Below are positions 49,807 to 58,335 of a DNA stretch of 64,000 nucleotides, one piece after another. This stretch comes from Bacteroidia bacterium (lineage in GTDB: Bacteria; Bacteroidota; Bacteroidia; M30B66): NCBI GenBank assembly GCA_965279035.1, contig OZ257142.1, forward strand, positions 800,001 through 864,000, read 5' to 3'. Both the position numbers and the translations under genes were made by a program. The notes under the pieces are model-generated. The model did no database searches and was not told where the DNA came from. It saw only the letters and a list, made by a program, of their open reading frames with translations. Position 1 is the first letter of the stretch. Each line of letters begins with the position of its first letter.

Positions 49807-50588
49807 TTGATTGTCCATCCTCCGTCAATTACTAAATTATGTCCTGTTATAAAGGAAGCCGATGGGGAGCTTAAAAAGATTACTGCTCCTTGCAACTCCA
49901 CTGGTTTTCCAATCCGTTTCAGGGAAGTTTTTTCACTCAATTTCGAAATAAACGCTTCTTCTTTTTGAACTTCCGCCGAGGGAAATGGTCCGGGTGAAAT
50001 GGCATTCACTAAAATTCCTTCTCTTCCTAAATATTCAGCAAAATACTTGGTGAGCTGAATAACACCCGCTTTGGCTGCTCCATAATGTGGTGGATTCATC
50101 ATCTCCGGATTGTTGTCGTACACGCTAAAATCGGGCGACACAATGCCATACATAGAACCTACATTAATGATTCTACCAGATTTTCTTTTTCTGAAATAAG
50201 GAATTACTTCTCGTATAGCTGCATATACACTTTGGAATGTGCCATGCATCGTTTCGGAAATTGCTTGATCACTTAATTTTTCCGGTTCTCCATCCACAGT
50301 AATCGAAATTGCATTGTTGATGAGTACATCGATGCGATTGAATTTTTCCCAAACAGCACGAAACAATTCTTTCAAATCTTCTGTCTGCGTTATGTCGGTT
50401 TTATTGAAATGAAGGTTGCTATTTGATTGAGGAAATGCTGCTGAAAATTTCTCTTCTGATCTACCTGCAACAACCACAGTTGCTCCTGCATCCAATAAGC
50501 CTTCTACCATACTTTTCCCTAAATAGCCATAGCCTCCGCTAATAACAACGACCTGATTTTCAAGAGAGAAAAGACGTGATAGATTCAT
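49803..50588 (-). CDS. Short-chain dehydrogenase/reductase (PtmA-like)
   Basis: SGGYGYLG, LINNA, SMYGIVSPD, YGAAKAG, ISPG, ITG.NL.IDGG; ATG 50588. Confidence 0.88.
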   Translation of the reverse strand: MNLSRLFSLENQVVVISGGYGYLGKSMVEGLLDAGATVVVAGRSEEKFSAAFPQSNSNLHFNKTDITQTEDLKELFRAVWEKFNRIDVLINNAISITVDGEPEKLSDQAISETMHGTFQSVYAAIREVIPYFRKRKSGRIINVGSMYGIVSPDFSVYDNNPEMMNPPHYGAAKAGVIQLTKYFAEYLGREGILVNAISPGPFPSAEVQKEEAFISKLSEKTSLKRIGKPVELQGAVIFLSSPSASFITGHNLVIDGGWTIK

Positions 50589-51448
50589 AATTTCCAATTG
50601 TAGGGTAATATAAATTTATTGTCAGTAATAATCAACTCATTCAACATTTCTTCTGGAATTTGAATCTGTTGGGCATGCTTAAATGAAGTACAGTTTTTCT
50701 TGAGTTGACTGATTGAATCAACACCAATCACGATTCGATCGATGTTTTTATTCTGATACAAAAATGACAGACAAAGTTCTTCCGCAGAAATTTTTAGCTC
50801 TTCACAAATACTTGAAATTCGATCTAACTGTTTACCTACAGGGTGAAAGAATTCAGGTCTATTTTCCATCAATAAAAGTCCTTGAAGAAATGCCGAACGA
50901 ATATGAATTTCTGTTCCTAGTTCTTTTAATTTAGGAAGCCAATCTACAAATCGTCTATCCGCAATATTCATTGGAAACTGAACGAGATCGGGACAAAATC
51001 CAAGTGATAAAAAATGCTCGAGTTCTTCAGGATGATAAATCGATATTCCTATTTTTTTTACGAGTCCTTCTTCTTTTAATTCTTCAAACTCTTTCCACAG
51101 CGAAGGATTTCTTTTTAGATCGGAATAATCATGCAGGATATATCCATAAACAGTTGGAATGGATAAATCAATCAATGATTTTTCTAAGGCTGATTTTACT
51201 TGTCCCGGCTTTGTTTCGGCAGGTAATTTTGTTACAACATCGAAATTCCCAATGGCACTTCTCCCCAGGATTTCTTCGCTGTTTCCATAAGCTGGAGCAG
51301 TATCTAAAAGATTGATTCCTTGTGAAAATGCTTCATCTAGAATCAATTTAACATCGCTTTCAGTAAGGATTCCAGCTTGATTGTTTATCCCATATTTCAG
51401 TCCGAACTGAACAGTACCTAATGCCAATTTAGGGTTTGAGAATCCCAT
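50585..51448 (-). CDS. Aldo/keto reductase
   Basis: LALGTVQFG..YG, DTAPAYG.SE, TK, IGISIY, RSAFLQGLL. Confidence 0.9.
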   Translation of the reverse strand: MGFSNPKLALGTVQFGLKYGINNQAGILTESDVKLILDEAFSQGINLLDTAPAYGNSEEILGRSAIGNFDVVTKLPAETKPGQVKSALEKSLIDLSIPTVYGYILHDYSDLKRNPSLWKEFEELKEEGLVKKIGISIYHPEELEHFLSLGFCPDLVQFPMNIADRRFVDWLPKLKELGTEIHIRSAFLQGLLLMENRPEFFHPVGKQLDRISSICEELKISAEELCLSFLYQNKNIDRIVIGVDSISQLKKNCTSFKHAQQIQIPEEMLNELIITDNKFILPYNWKL

Positions 51449-52598
51449 TGGAAACTTGGTTTATGACATATTCGAGTTCTTCATCACTCAATGTAGGAAA
51501 CATAGGAAGACTCAAACACTGATTGTAATAATCTTCTGCTATCGGGAAATCGCCCACATTCCAACCTAAATCACGGTAATACGGTTGAAGATGAACAGGA
51601 ATATAATGCACTTGAGTAAAGATGTTTTTCTCGCGCAAGAAATCGTACAATTCTTTCCGTTTCGGTGTTCGAATCACATACAAATGAAAAGCATGTCCTT
51701 CGGGATATTCGGGAACTAATACGTTGGGAGCTAATTCAGAAAATGCTTCATGATAACGAGATGCAATTTTTCTACGACGTTCCAAACCTTCATCTGCTCG
51801 TTTCAATTGAGACGTACCTAAAGCTGCTTGAAAATCGGTTATACGATAATTATAACCCAATTCCTGCATTTCGTAATACCAGCCACCTTGAGCTACTTCG
51901 TCAGGAGAATTTCTAAATTGTGTTGAATCCTTGGTGATGCCATGGGTGCGCAACAGGAGCAATTTTTTATAAAGAGCTTCGCTGTTTGTTGTGATCATTC
52001 CGCCTTCACCAGTAGCAATATGTTTTACTGGATGAAATGAAAAAATCGAGAGATCAGCATTACGGCCATCACCACATTTAACTTGGTTTGAATGAGAATC
52101 TTTAAAGAAACCACCCGGAGCATGACACGCATCTTCTATGATTTTAAGATCATAGGTATCTGCTAATTTTCGAAATTCCTCAGTGTTGGCAGGATATCCA
52201 GCAAAATCTACGATGATAATTCCAGTAAAAAAACCTTGGGGTTTCGATTTAATTAATGCTTCTGTTTTATCAATATCAAGAATGAAAGTATTTGGGTTGA
52301 TATCGGCAAACCAAACGTTTCCGCCACAATAACGAATACAATTGGCAGAAGCTGCAAATGTTATTGGGCTCGTGATATAATTACTGGATGAATTAACATC
52401 GAGTGCTAAGGCAGATAAATGAAGTGCAGCCGTTCCATTGGAAACCGCTACCGCATATCGAACTCCAATGTACTTGGCAAAGGCTTGTTCGAATTCAAGA
52501 ATGGATGGACCTTGAGTTAAATATTCTCCTTGAAGAACCTTTGCAACAGCTTCTAAATCTTCAGCAGTAATGGATTGTTTACCGTAAGGAATTTGCAT
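51429..52598 (-). CDS. pseC: UDP-4-amino-4,6-dideoxy-N-acetyl-beta-L-altrosamine transaminase
   Basis: IPYGKQ, LTQGP, EDACHA, FSFHPVKHIATGEGG, RTHGI, WYYEMQELGYNYR. Confidence 0.9.
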   Translation of the reverse strand: MQIPYGKQSITAEDLEAVAKVLQGEYLTQGPSILEFEQAFAKYIGVRYAVAVSNGTAALHLSALALDVNSSSNYITSPITFAASANCIRYCGGNVWFADINPNTFILDIDKTEALIKSKPQGFFTGIIIVDFAGYPANTEEFRKLADTYDLKIIEDACHAPGGFFKDSHSNQVKCGDGRNADLSIFSFHPVKHIATGEGGMITTNSEALYKKLLLLRTHGITKDSTQFRNSPDEVAQGGWYYEMQELGYNYRITDFQAALGTSQLKRADEGLERRRKIASRYHEAFSELAPNVLVPEYPEGHAFHLYVIRTPKRKELYDFLREKNIFTQVHYIPVHLQPYYRDLGWNVGDFPIAEDYYNQCLSLPMFPTLSDEELEYVINQVSNGILKP

Positions 52599-52610
52599 GC
52601 AATTCTGAAT

Positions 52611-53615
52611 TTAGAAATTGGGATCAATTTGTTCTTTGATTAATCCTCTGATATCCTCAACGCTTAGCCAATCGGGGTTTGTACCTGAATTATAGCAAAA
52701 GCCCGGTTCTACCATTTTACCTCCTTTTTCGGTGTAATACGATTGCAGTTTATTATTTCCTTGGGGAAGGATGGCGTAATATGGACCTAAATCAACTGTA
52801 TTAAACGAATCAGAACTAGTGATCATTTCTTCGTGCAGTTTTTCTCCAGGACGAATGCCACTAATTTTCAATGTAGCATCGGGTGCTACTGCTTTAGCAA
52901 CATCTAAAATTCGGTACGAAGGAATCTTCGGAACAAAAATTTCACCTCCAACTGCATGCTCTGCAGCGTAAAGAACCATTTCGACACCTTCTTCTAATGA
53001 AATATTAAAACGTGTCATTCCTTCGTCGGTGATTGGTAAAACACCTTCATTTTTCTTCTTCATAAAGAAAGGAATAACCGAACCACGCGATCCCATTACG
53101 TTTCCATAACGAACAACCGAGAAACGTACATTGTGATTTCCTTTCACATTGTTAGCTGCAACAAATAATTTATCGGAACACAATTTTGTTGCTCCATAGA
53201 GATTAATTGGTGCTGCAGCTTTATCAGTTGATAATGCGACAACTGTTTGAACTTCTGTATCAAGCACCGCATCAATGATATTTTGAGCACCTAACACATT
53301 GGTTTTGATGAATTCAAATGGATTGTATTCGGCAGCGGGAACCTGTTTCAATGCAGCAGCATGAATCACAACATCAATCCCTTCGAAAGCACGTTTCAAG
53401 CGTTGAACATCACGTATATCGCCTAAGAAATAACGGATACATGGGTAATCGTGTTCGCTGTATTGTTGACTCATTTCAAATTGCTTCAACTCATCACGAG
53501 AGAAAATAACCAAACGTTTTACATCGGGATAGCGCTTTAAAATGATTTCAACTAATTTTTTACCAAGAGAACCAGTTCCGCCAGTAATTAGAATTCGTTT
53601 ATTGTTCAAAGGCAT
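52611..53615 (-). CDS. pseB: UDP-GlcNAc 4,6-dehydratase (inverting)
   Basis: ITGGTGS, SRDELKQ, HAAALKQVPAAEYNP, STDKA, YGATK, RYGNVMGSRGSV, GIRPGEKLHE. Confidence 0.94.
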   Translation of the reverse strand: MPLNNKRILITGGTGSLGKKLVEIILKRYPDVKRLVIFSRDELKQFEMSQQYSEHDYPCIRYFLGDIRDVQRLKRAFEGIDVVIHAAALKQVPAAEYNPFEFIKTNVLGAQNIIDAVLDTEVQTVVALSTDKAAAPINLYGATKLCSDKLFVAANNVKGNHNVRFSVVRYGNVMGSRGSVIPFFMKKKNEGVLPITDEGMTRFNISLEEGVEMVLYAAEHAVGGEIFVPKIPSYRILDVAKAVAPDATLKISGIRPGEKLHEEMITSSDSFNTVDLGPYYAILPQGNNKLQSYYTEKGGKMVEPGFCYNSGTNPDWLSVEDIRGLIKEQIDPNF

Positions 53616-53634
53616 ACATTGAAAATTGAAGATT

Positions 53635-54915
53635 TTAAAAATGGTATTCTATATCTGCGGAAAGACTGAAGTAACCGCTCGTCATCAGGTTTTCATTCCC
53701 CGGCAACAAATTTATGACAATAGGAGGTAAGAGATTATCCACCACATCATAAGCTGTTTCGGCACTTTCGAAACCGAGCCAGTAATAAGTTTCGTAAACT
53801 CCAGGATGTAAATTGAGATCAGGAACTACAATATCGAAACTGAATGGAACTCCTACTTGTTGGTTTTGAATTGGGATATTAAAATTTTGGGTGTAGGTGA
53901 TAATTTCTCTCGTTCTGCCCGATCTAAAAGCGACAGATGCTAAAATCATGTCCACTTTTTCATTCATAATTACTTCCATCCGAAACACAGCACGATCGCG
54001 CGGAAAAAATTCCACACCACTTGTTCCTTCTTGGTTTAGTACGTCGATTTTAGTAAACCTCACTTGTCCGTTTCCTCTACGTAATTGAGGGTCATCTAAG
54101 CCTTGTCCTTCAGAAATAGAACTCATCATATTATTTCTGATGTATGCTCTAATTACCGATTCTGTTGGACCATCTTGAATTATTCTTCCTTGATTGAGGT
54201 AGATCGCGCGGGTACATAAATCACTGACAGCACCCATATTATGACTTACGAAAATGACTGTTCGACCTTGAGCCGACACATCTTTCATTTTCCCAAGACA
54301 TTTATTTTGAAATTCTGCATCACCAACAGCAAGCACTTCGTCAATAATCAAAATATCGGGATCAAGGTGAGCTGCAACAGCAAATGCAAGTCGAACGTAC
54401 ATTCCCGATGAGTAGCGTTTTACAGGAGTATCAACATAACGTTGAACACCCGCAAATTCTACAATAGCATCAAACTTTGCACGGATTTCTGAATTTCGCA
54501 TTCCTAAGATAGCTCCATTCAAAAAGATGTTTTCTCTTCCGGTTAGATCGGGATGGAAACCTGTTCCAACTTCCAATAAACTGGCAACTTTCCCTTTGAG
54601 TTTTATTTGTCCTTGACTGGGAGTTGTTGTTCTCGAAAGTATCTTGAGTAAGGTTGATTTTCCAGCACCATTTCTACCAATCAATCCAACTATCTCCCCT
54701 TGATTTATCTCAAAGTTGATATCACGTAAAGCCCAAACATAATCCGAATTTCCACCAGCTGTGCGGTCATTTTCACCCGCTAATTTTAAGTAAGGATTTT
54801 CTTTTCCTTGGAGCTTATACCATGCAGTTCTAAGGTCTTCAGTGAGAGTTGATGATCCAACATCTCCCAAACGGAAAACTTTCGAAACTTGATCAGCATG
54901 GACAACGATTGACAT
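53635..54915 (-). CDS. wzt: Polysaccharide ABC transporter ATP-binding subunit with C-terminal (Wzt_C-like) domain
   Basis: GRNGAGKST, YSSGM, DEVLAVGD, VSH; ~170-aa beta-rich C-terminal extension. Confidence 0.92.
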   Translation of the reverse strand: MSIVVHADQVSKVFRLGDVGSSTLTEDLRTAWYKLQGKENPYLKLAGENDRTAGGNSDYVWALRDINFEINQGEIVGLIGRNGAGKSTLLKILSRTTTPSQGQIKLKGKVASLLEVGTGFHPDLTGRENIFLNGAILGMRNSEIRAKFDAIVEFAGVQRYVDTPVKRYSSGMYVRLAFAVAAHLDPDILIIDEVLAVGDAEFQNKCLGKMKDVSAQGRTVIFVSHNMGAVSDLCTRAIYLNQGRIIQDGPTESVIRAYIRNNMMSSISEGQGLDDPQLRRGNGQVRFTKIDVLNQEGTSGVEFFPRDRAVFRMEVIMNEKVDMILASVAFRSGRTREIITYTQNFNIPIQNQQVGVPFSFDIVVPDLNLHPGVYETYYWLGFESAETAYDVVDNLLPPIVINLLPGNENLMTSGYFSLSADIEYHF

Positions 54916-54935
54916 AATTCAGAAAGACTTAGAAA

Positions 54936-55793
54936 TTAAACAGTATCCATGAAATTCCTTTCGGTTCGGTTGAATAATATGAGTCCGATGATCATACTAA
55001 CAACAGCAAAAACCAAGGTGTAACCTAACATGAGCCAATTGATTGAATCGCATCCTAAAAAAATATATCGGATAGATTCAATAACCGGAGTGATTGGATT
55101 GACAGTCAAAATCCAATGCAATTTCGGTGGGAATATGGAAGCTGGGTAAATTACTGGAGTTGCATACATCAGCAATTGTACAGCGAAAGGCACCATATTA
55201 CTAAGATCGCGGTATTTTGTAGTTAAGGACGAAATGATGATTCCGAAAGCCAGTCCAATAAACATCATGAGCAAAAGCAAAAACGGAAGAAGCCAGATGT
55301 ATGCATATTGAGTATGTACATTTCCATCTTTTATTTGGAAAAATACAATGGCAGCGATGAGAACGAGCAATTGAATTCCAAACTTAATCATGGCTGAAAC
55401 CACCGATGATAATGGAACAATTAATCGTGGGAAATACACTTTACCAAAGATGCTTGCATTGGCTCTAAATGTTGTTGCTGTTCTGCTAATGCAATCGGCA
55501 AAATAGCCCCATGCAGTTAAGCCTGCTAAATAAAATAAAACGCGATTCGTTCCATCTGTTGATACATTGGCTATCAATCCAAATAAAACAAAATAGATAA
55601 CCGTATTGAGGATAGGAGGGAGGATGAACCAAAAAACTCCCAGCAAAGTTTGTTTGTATACAGTTATTATATCACGACGAACAAGAAGGAATAATAAATC
55701 ACGATATGCCCAAAGTTCCTTAAGCTTTAGATCAAATAGTCCACCGTATGGACGAATGATCAAATCCCAGTCTTTGTCAGAATTGCTGCTCAT
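54936..55793 (-). CDS. wzm: Polysaccharide ABC transporter permease
   Basis: YKQT.LG..W, KVYFPR, YRD, YATPVIYP, NP, ER.FMD. Confidence 0.92.
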   Translation of the reverse strand: MSSNSDKDWDLIIRPYGGLFDLKLKELWAYRDLLFLLVRRDIITVYKQTLLGVFWFILPPILNTVIYFVLFGLIANVSTDGTNRVLFYLAGLTAWGYFADCISRTATTFRANASIFGKVYFPRLIVPLSSVVSAMIKFGIQLLVLIAAIVFFQIKDGNVHTQYAYIWLLPFLLLLMMFIGLAFGIIISSLTTKYRDLSNMVPFAVQLLMYATPVIYPASIFPPKLHWILTVNPITPVIESIRYIFLGCDSINWLMLGYTLVFAVVSMIIGLILFNRTERNFMDTV

Positions 55794-55809
55794 TTTTTAC
55801 TTTGAGCCG

Positions 55810-55817
55810 CAAATCTA
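55810..55817 (-). promoter_or_regulatory. -7 promoter element for wzm-wzt-pseB...
   Basis: Minus-strand TAGATTTG(C) 16 nt upstream of the wzm ATG. Confidence 0.6.
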
Positions 55818-55862
55818 ATGGTTTTTCCTTAAGAAATGGTTGAAGAGAATTGCTTAATGAGT

Positions 55863-56795
55863 CTAGGTAAGAAGCAAGTTTTGAACTTCAAGATAGGTTT
55901 CTCGGATACCTGTTTCTAGGTTTGTTTTAGGTGCCCAACCCAACGAACGAAGTCGGCTACTGTCCATTAATTTCCGTGGTGTTCCATCGGGTTTTGAGCT
56001 ATCGAACCGAATTTCACCTTCATAACCAACAATGTCTTTGATGAGGAATGCTAAATCTTTAATGCTGATATCTTCGCCATAGCCTATATTAACAAAGAGT
56101 TCTTCAGAATAATTTTGCAGTAGAAATACACAAGCATCTGCTAAATCATCTACGTACATAAATTCCCGAAGCGGAGATCCGGTTCCCCAGAGTTCAACGA
56201 AACTGGCATTATTTACCTTGGCAGTATTCATTTTTCTTAATAATGCAGGCAATACGTGCGAGTTTTGTAAATCATAATTGTCGTTTTTTCCATACAAATT
56301 CGTTGGCATTGCTGATATAAAATCGCATCCATATTGCCGACGATAGCTTTCGCACATTTTTATTCCAGCAATTTTAGCAATCGCATAAGGTTCGTTCGTT
56401 TGCTCTAAAAAACCGGATAGTAAACTCTCTTCTTTTAAAGGTTGTTCAGCTAATTTTGGGTAAATGCACGACGAACCTAGGAATAAAAGTTTTTTCACTC
56501 CCGATTTCCAAGAGGTATGAATAACGTTGCTTTCAATAGCGAGATTATCGTAAAGAAATTCAGCGCGATAGGTATTATTGGCCATGATGCCGCCCACTTT
56601 GGCTGCAGCGAGAACAACGATTTCAGGTTTTTCTCGATCAAAGAACGACTCCACTTCCACTTGTCTTCTCAAATCCAATTCTTTGGAAGTTGCTCCAATT
56701 AAATTTGAATAACCTTGGTTAGAAAGTGTTCTCCAAATGGCAGAACCTACCATTCCACGATGTCCTGCGATGAATATTTTACTTGATTTCTCCAC
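55863..56795 (-). CDS. fcl: GDP-L-fucose synthase (GTG start)
   Basis: AGHRGMVGSA, AAAKVGGI.AN, LGSSCIYP, YAIAK, MPTNLYG, SHVLPAL, WGTG.PLREF, KPDGTPRK. Confidence 0.96.
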   Translation of the reverse strand: MEKSSKIFIAGHRGMVGSAIWRTLSNQGYSNLIGATSKELDLRRQVEVESFFDREKPEIVVLAAAKVGGIMANNTYRAEFLYDNLAIESNVIHTSWKSGVKKLLFLGSSCIYPKLAEQPLKEESLLSGFLEQTNEPYAIAKIAGIKMCESYRRQYGCDFISAMPTNLYGKNDNYDLQNSHVLPALLRKMNTAKVNNASFVELWGTGSPLREFMYVDDLADACVFLLQNYSEELFVNIGYGEDISIKDLAFLIKDIVGYEGEIRFDSSKPDGTPRKLMDSSRLRSLGWAPKTNLETGIRETYLEVQNLLLT

Positions 56796-57050
56796 GTTTT
56801 TCTTCCGTTGTTCTGTTCATTGATTCATCCAGTTTATCTTAAAGACAAATTGAAATGATGATTATGACAGATATATTTTGAAAAAATTGATGTAAATCCT
56901 GAAATTATAAAAGCTGAATAATTCAAATGGAGTTATTCCATCACAAAATCAATCCAGCTTATTTTTCTAGGTTTGAACCAGAAGCAATATTAAGAATTTT
57001 GGCTCAGCTAGATTTTTCTCAATCGGTATATTGCCCAAAAGATTTTCAAG

Positions 57051-57635
57051 ATGGAATTAATTTTCGCAACAGGAAACAGTCATAAAATTGACGAGGTGAA
57101 AGCGATTTTACCAAGCGATTTCCAAGTGATTGGATTAAAGCAATTGGGCTATCAACATGAATTACCTGAAACTACCGGAACAATTTCGGGAAATGCATTG
57201 CAAAAAGCTAGAACACTCTTCGAACATACTGGATTTGCCTGTTTTGCTGATGATTCGGGATTGGAAGTTTTTGCATTGAATGGAAAACCGGGTGTAGATT
57301 CGGCACATTATGCTGGTCCTGATAGGGATTCCAATGCGAATATGGATTTGTTGTTAAAAGAACTTTCCAATAGAGAAGATCGATCTGCTCGATTTATAAC
57401 AGTCATCGCCTACATCGATAAATTTGGTGAATACGTATTTGAAGGAATTGTTGAGGGGGAAATATCAAGGACCAAAATGGGAGATAGTGGATTTGGCTAC
57501 GATCCTATTTTTATTCCCCAAGGATATTCTCAAAGCTTTGCGGAATTATCGTCCGAAACTAAAAATCAAATTAGTCACCGAGCAAAAGCCGTTGTTTTAT
57601 TTAAAGAATGGTTAATTCAGAATCGTTTGAAATAG
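57051..57635 (+). CDS. rdgB: dITP/XTP pyrophosphatase (Ham1/RdgB)
   Basis: ATGN.HK, ADDSGL, PGVDSA, GFGYDPIF, KN.ISHRAKA. Confidence 0.95.
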   Translation: MELIFATGNSHKIDEVKAILPSDFQVIGLKQLGYQHELPETTGTISGNALQKARTLFEHTGFACFADDSGLEVFALNGKPGVDSAHYAGPDRDSNANMDLLLKELSNREDRSARFITVIAYIDKFGEYVFEGIVEGEISRTKMGDSGFGYDPIFIPQGYSQSFAELSSETKNQISHRAKAVVLFKEWLIQNRLK

Positions 57636-57637
57636 GT

Positions 57638-57645
57638 TATTTTTG
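57638..57645 (+). promoter_or_regulatory. -7 promoter element for dedA
   Basis: TATTTTTG(C) 8 nt upstream of ATG 57654. Confidence 0.55.
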
Positions 57646-57653
57646 CCGCCCAT

Positions 57654-58316
57654 ATGGAATTCTTAGCCTCACTTCTCGATTTTATTCTGCATATAAATGC
57701 TCATCTGGATCAACTTGTACTTGATTATGGGAATTCAATTTATGCCATTCTTTTCTTAATCATCTTTGTTGAAACCGGATTGGTAGTGATGCCATTTCTA
57801 CCGGGTGATTCACTTTTATTCGCTGCAGGAGCGCTATGTGCAAGACCGAATTCTGAATTAAGTTTATTCATACTTATCGCTTTGTTATTTCTTGCAGCTG
57901 TATTAGGTGATAATCTAAATTATACCATTGGTCGCTTTGCAGGTTCTAAAGTTGTAAACTGGAAATTCAGAGGGAAGAATTTGGTGAAACAAACCTATAT
58001 CGATCAAACACATAGTTTCTTTGAAAAATATGGAACCAAAGCCATTATTATGGCTCGATTTGTACCCATTGTTAGAACGTTTACTCCTTTTGTAGCTGGA
58101 GTTGGACAAATGGATTATCGTAAAAAATTCCTCCCATTTGATCTAGCAGGAGGGTTTCTTTGGATTTGTTCAATGACACTTGCCGGCTTCTTTTTAGGAA
58201 ACTTGGATTTCTTTCAAAAACACTTTGAAGCTGTTGTAATTGGAATCGTATTACTTTCCATTACTCCAATGATCTTTACGTTTTTAAAACATCGGTTTTC
58301 AACAAAAAGCGCCTAA
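57654..58316 (+). CDS. dedA: DedA family membrane protein
   Basis: FVETG..PFLPGDSLLFAAG, GDN.NY.IG, ARFVPIVRTF.PFVAG. Confidence 0.93.
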   Translation: MEFLASLLDFILHINAHLDQLVLDYGNSIYAILFLIIFVETGLVVMPFLPGDSLLFAAGALCARPNSELSLFILIALLFLAAVLGDNLNYTIGRFAGSKVVNWKFRGKNLVKQTYIDQTHSFFEKYGTKAIIMARFVPIVRTFTPFVAGVGQMDYRKKFLPFDLAGGFLWICSMTLAGFFLGNLDFFQKHFEAVVIGIVLLSITPMIFTFLKHRFSTKSA

Positions 58317-58335
58317 GACAAAATCCTATTTAGAA

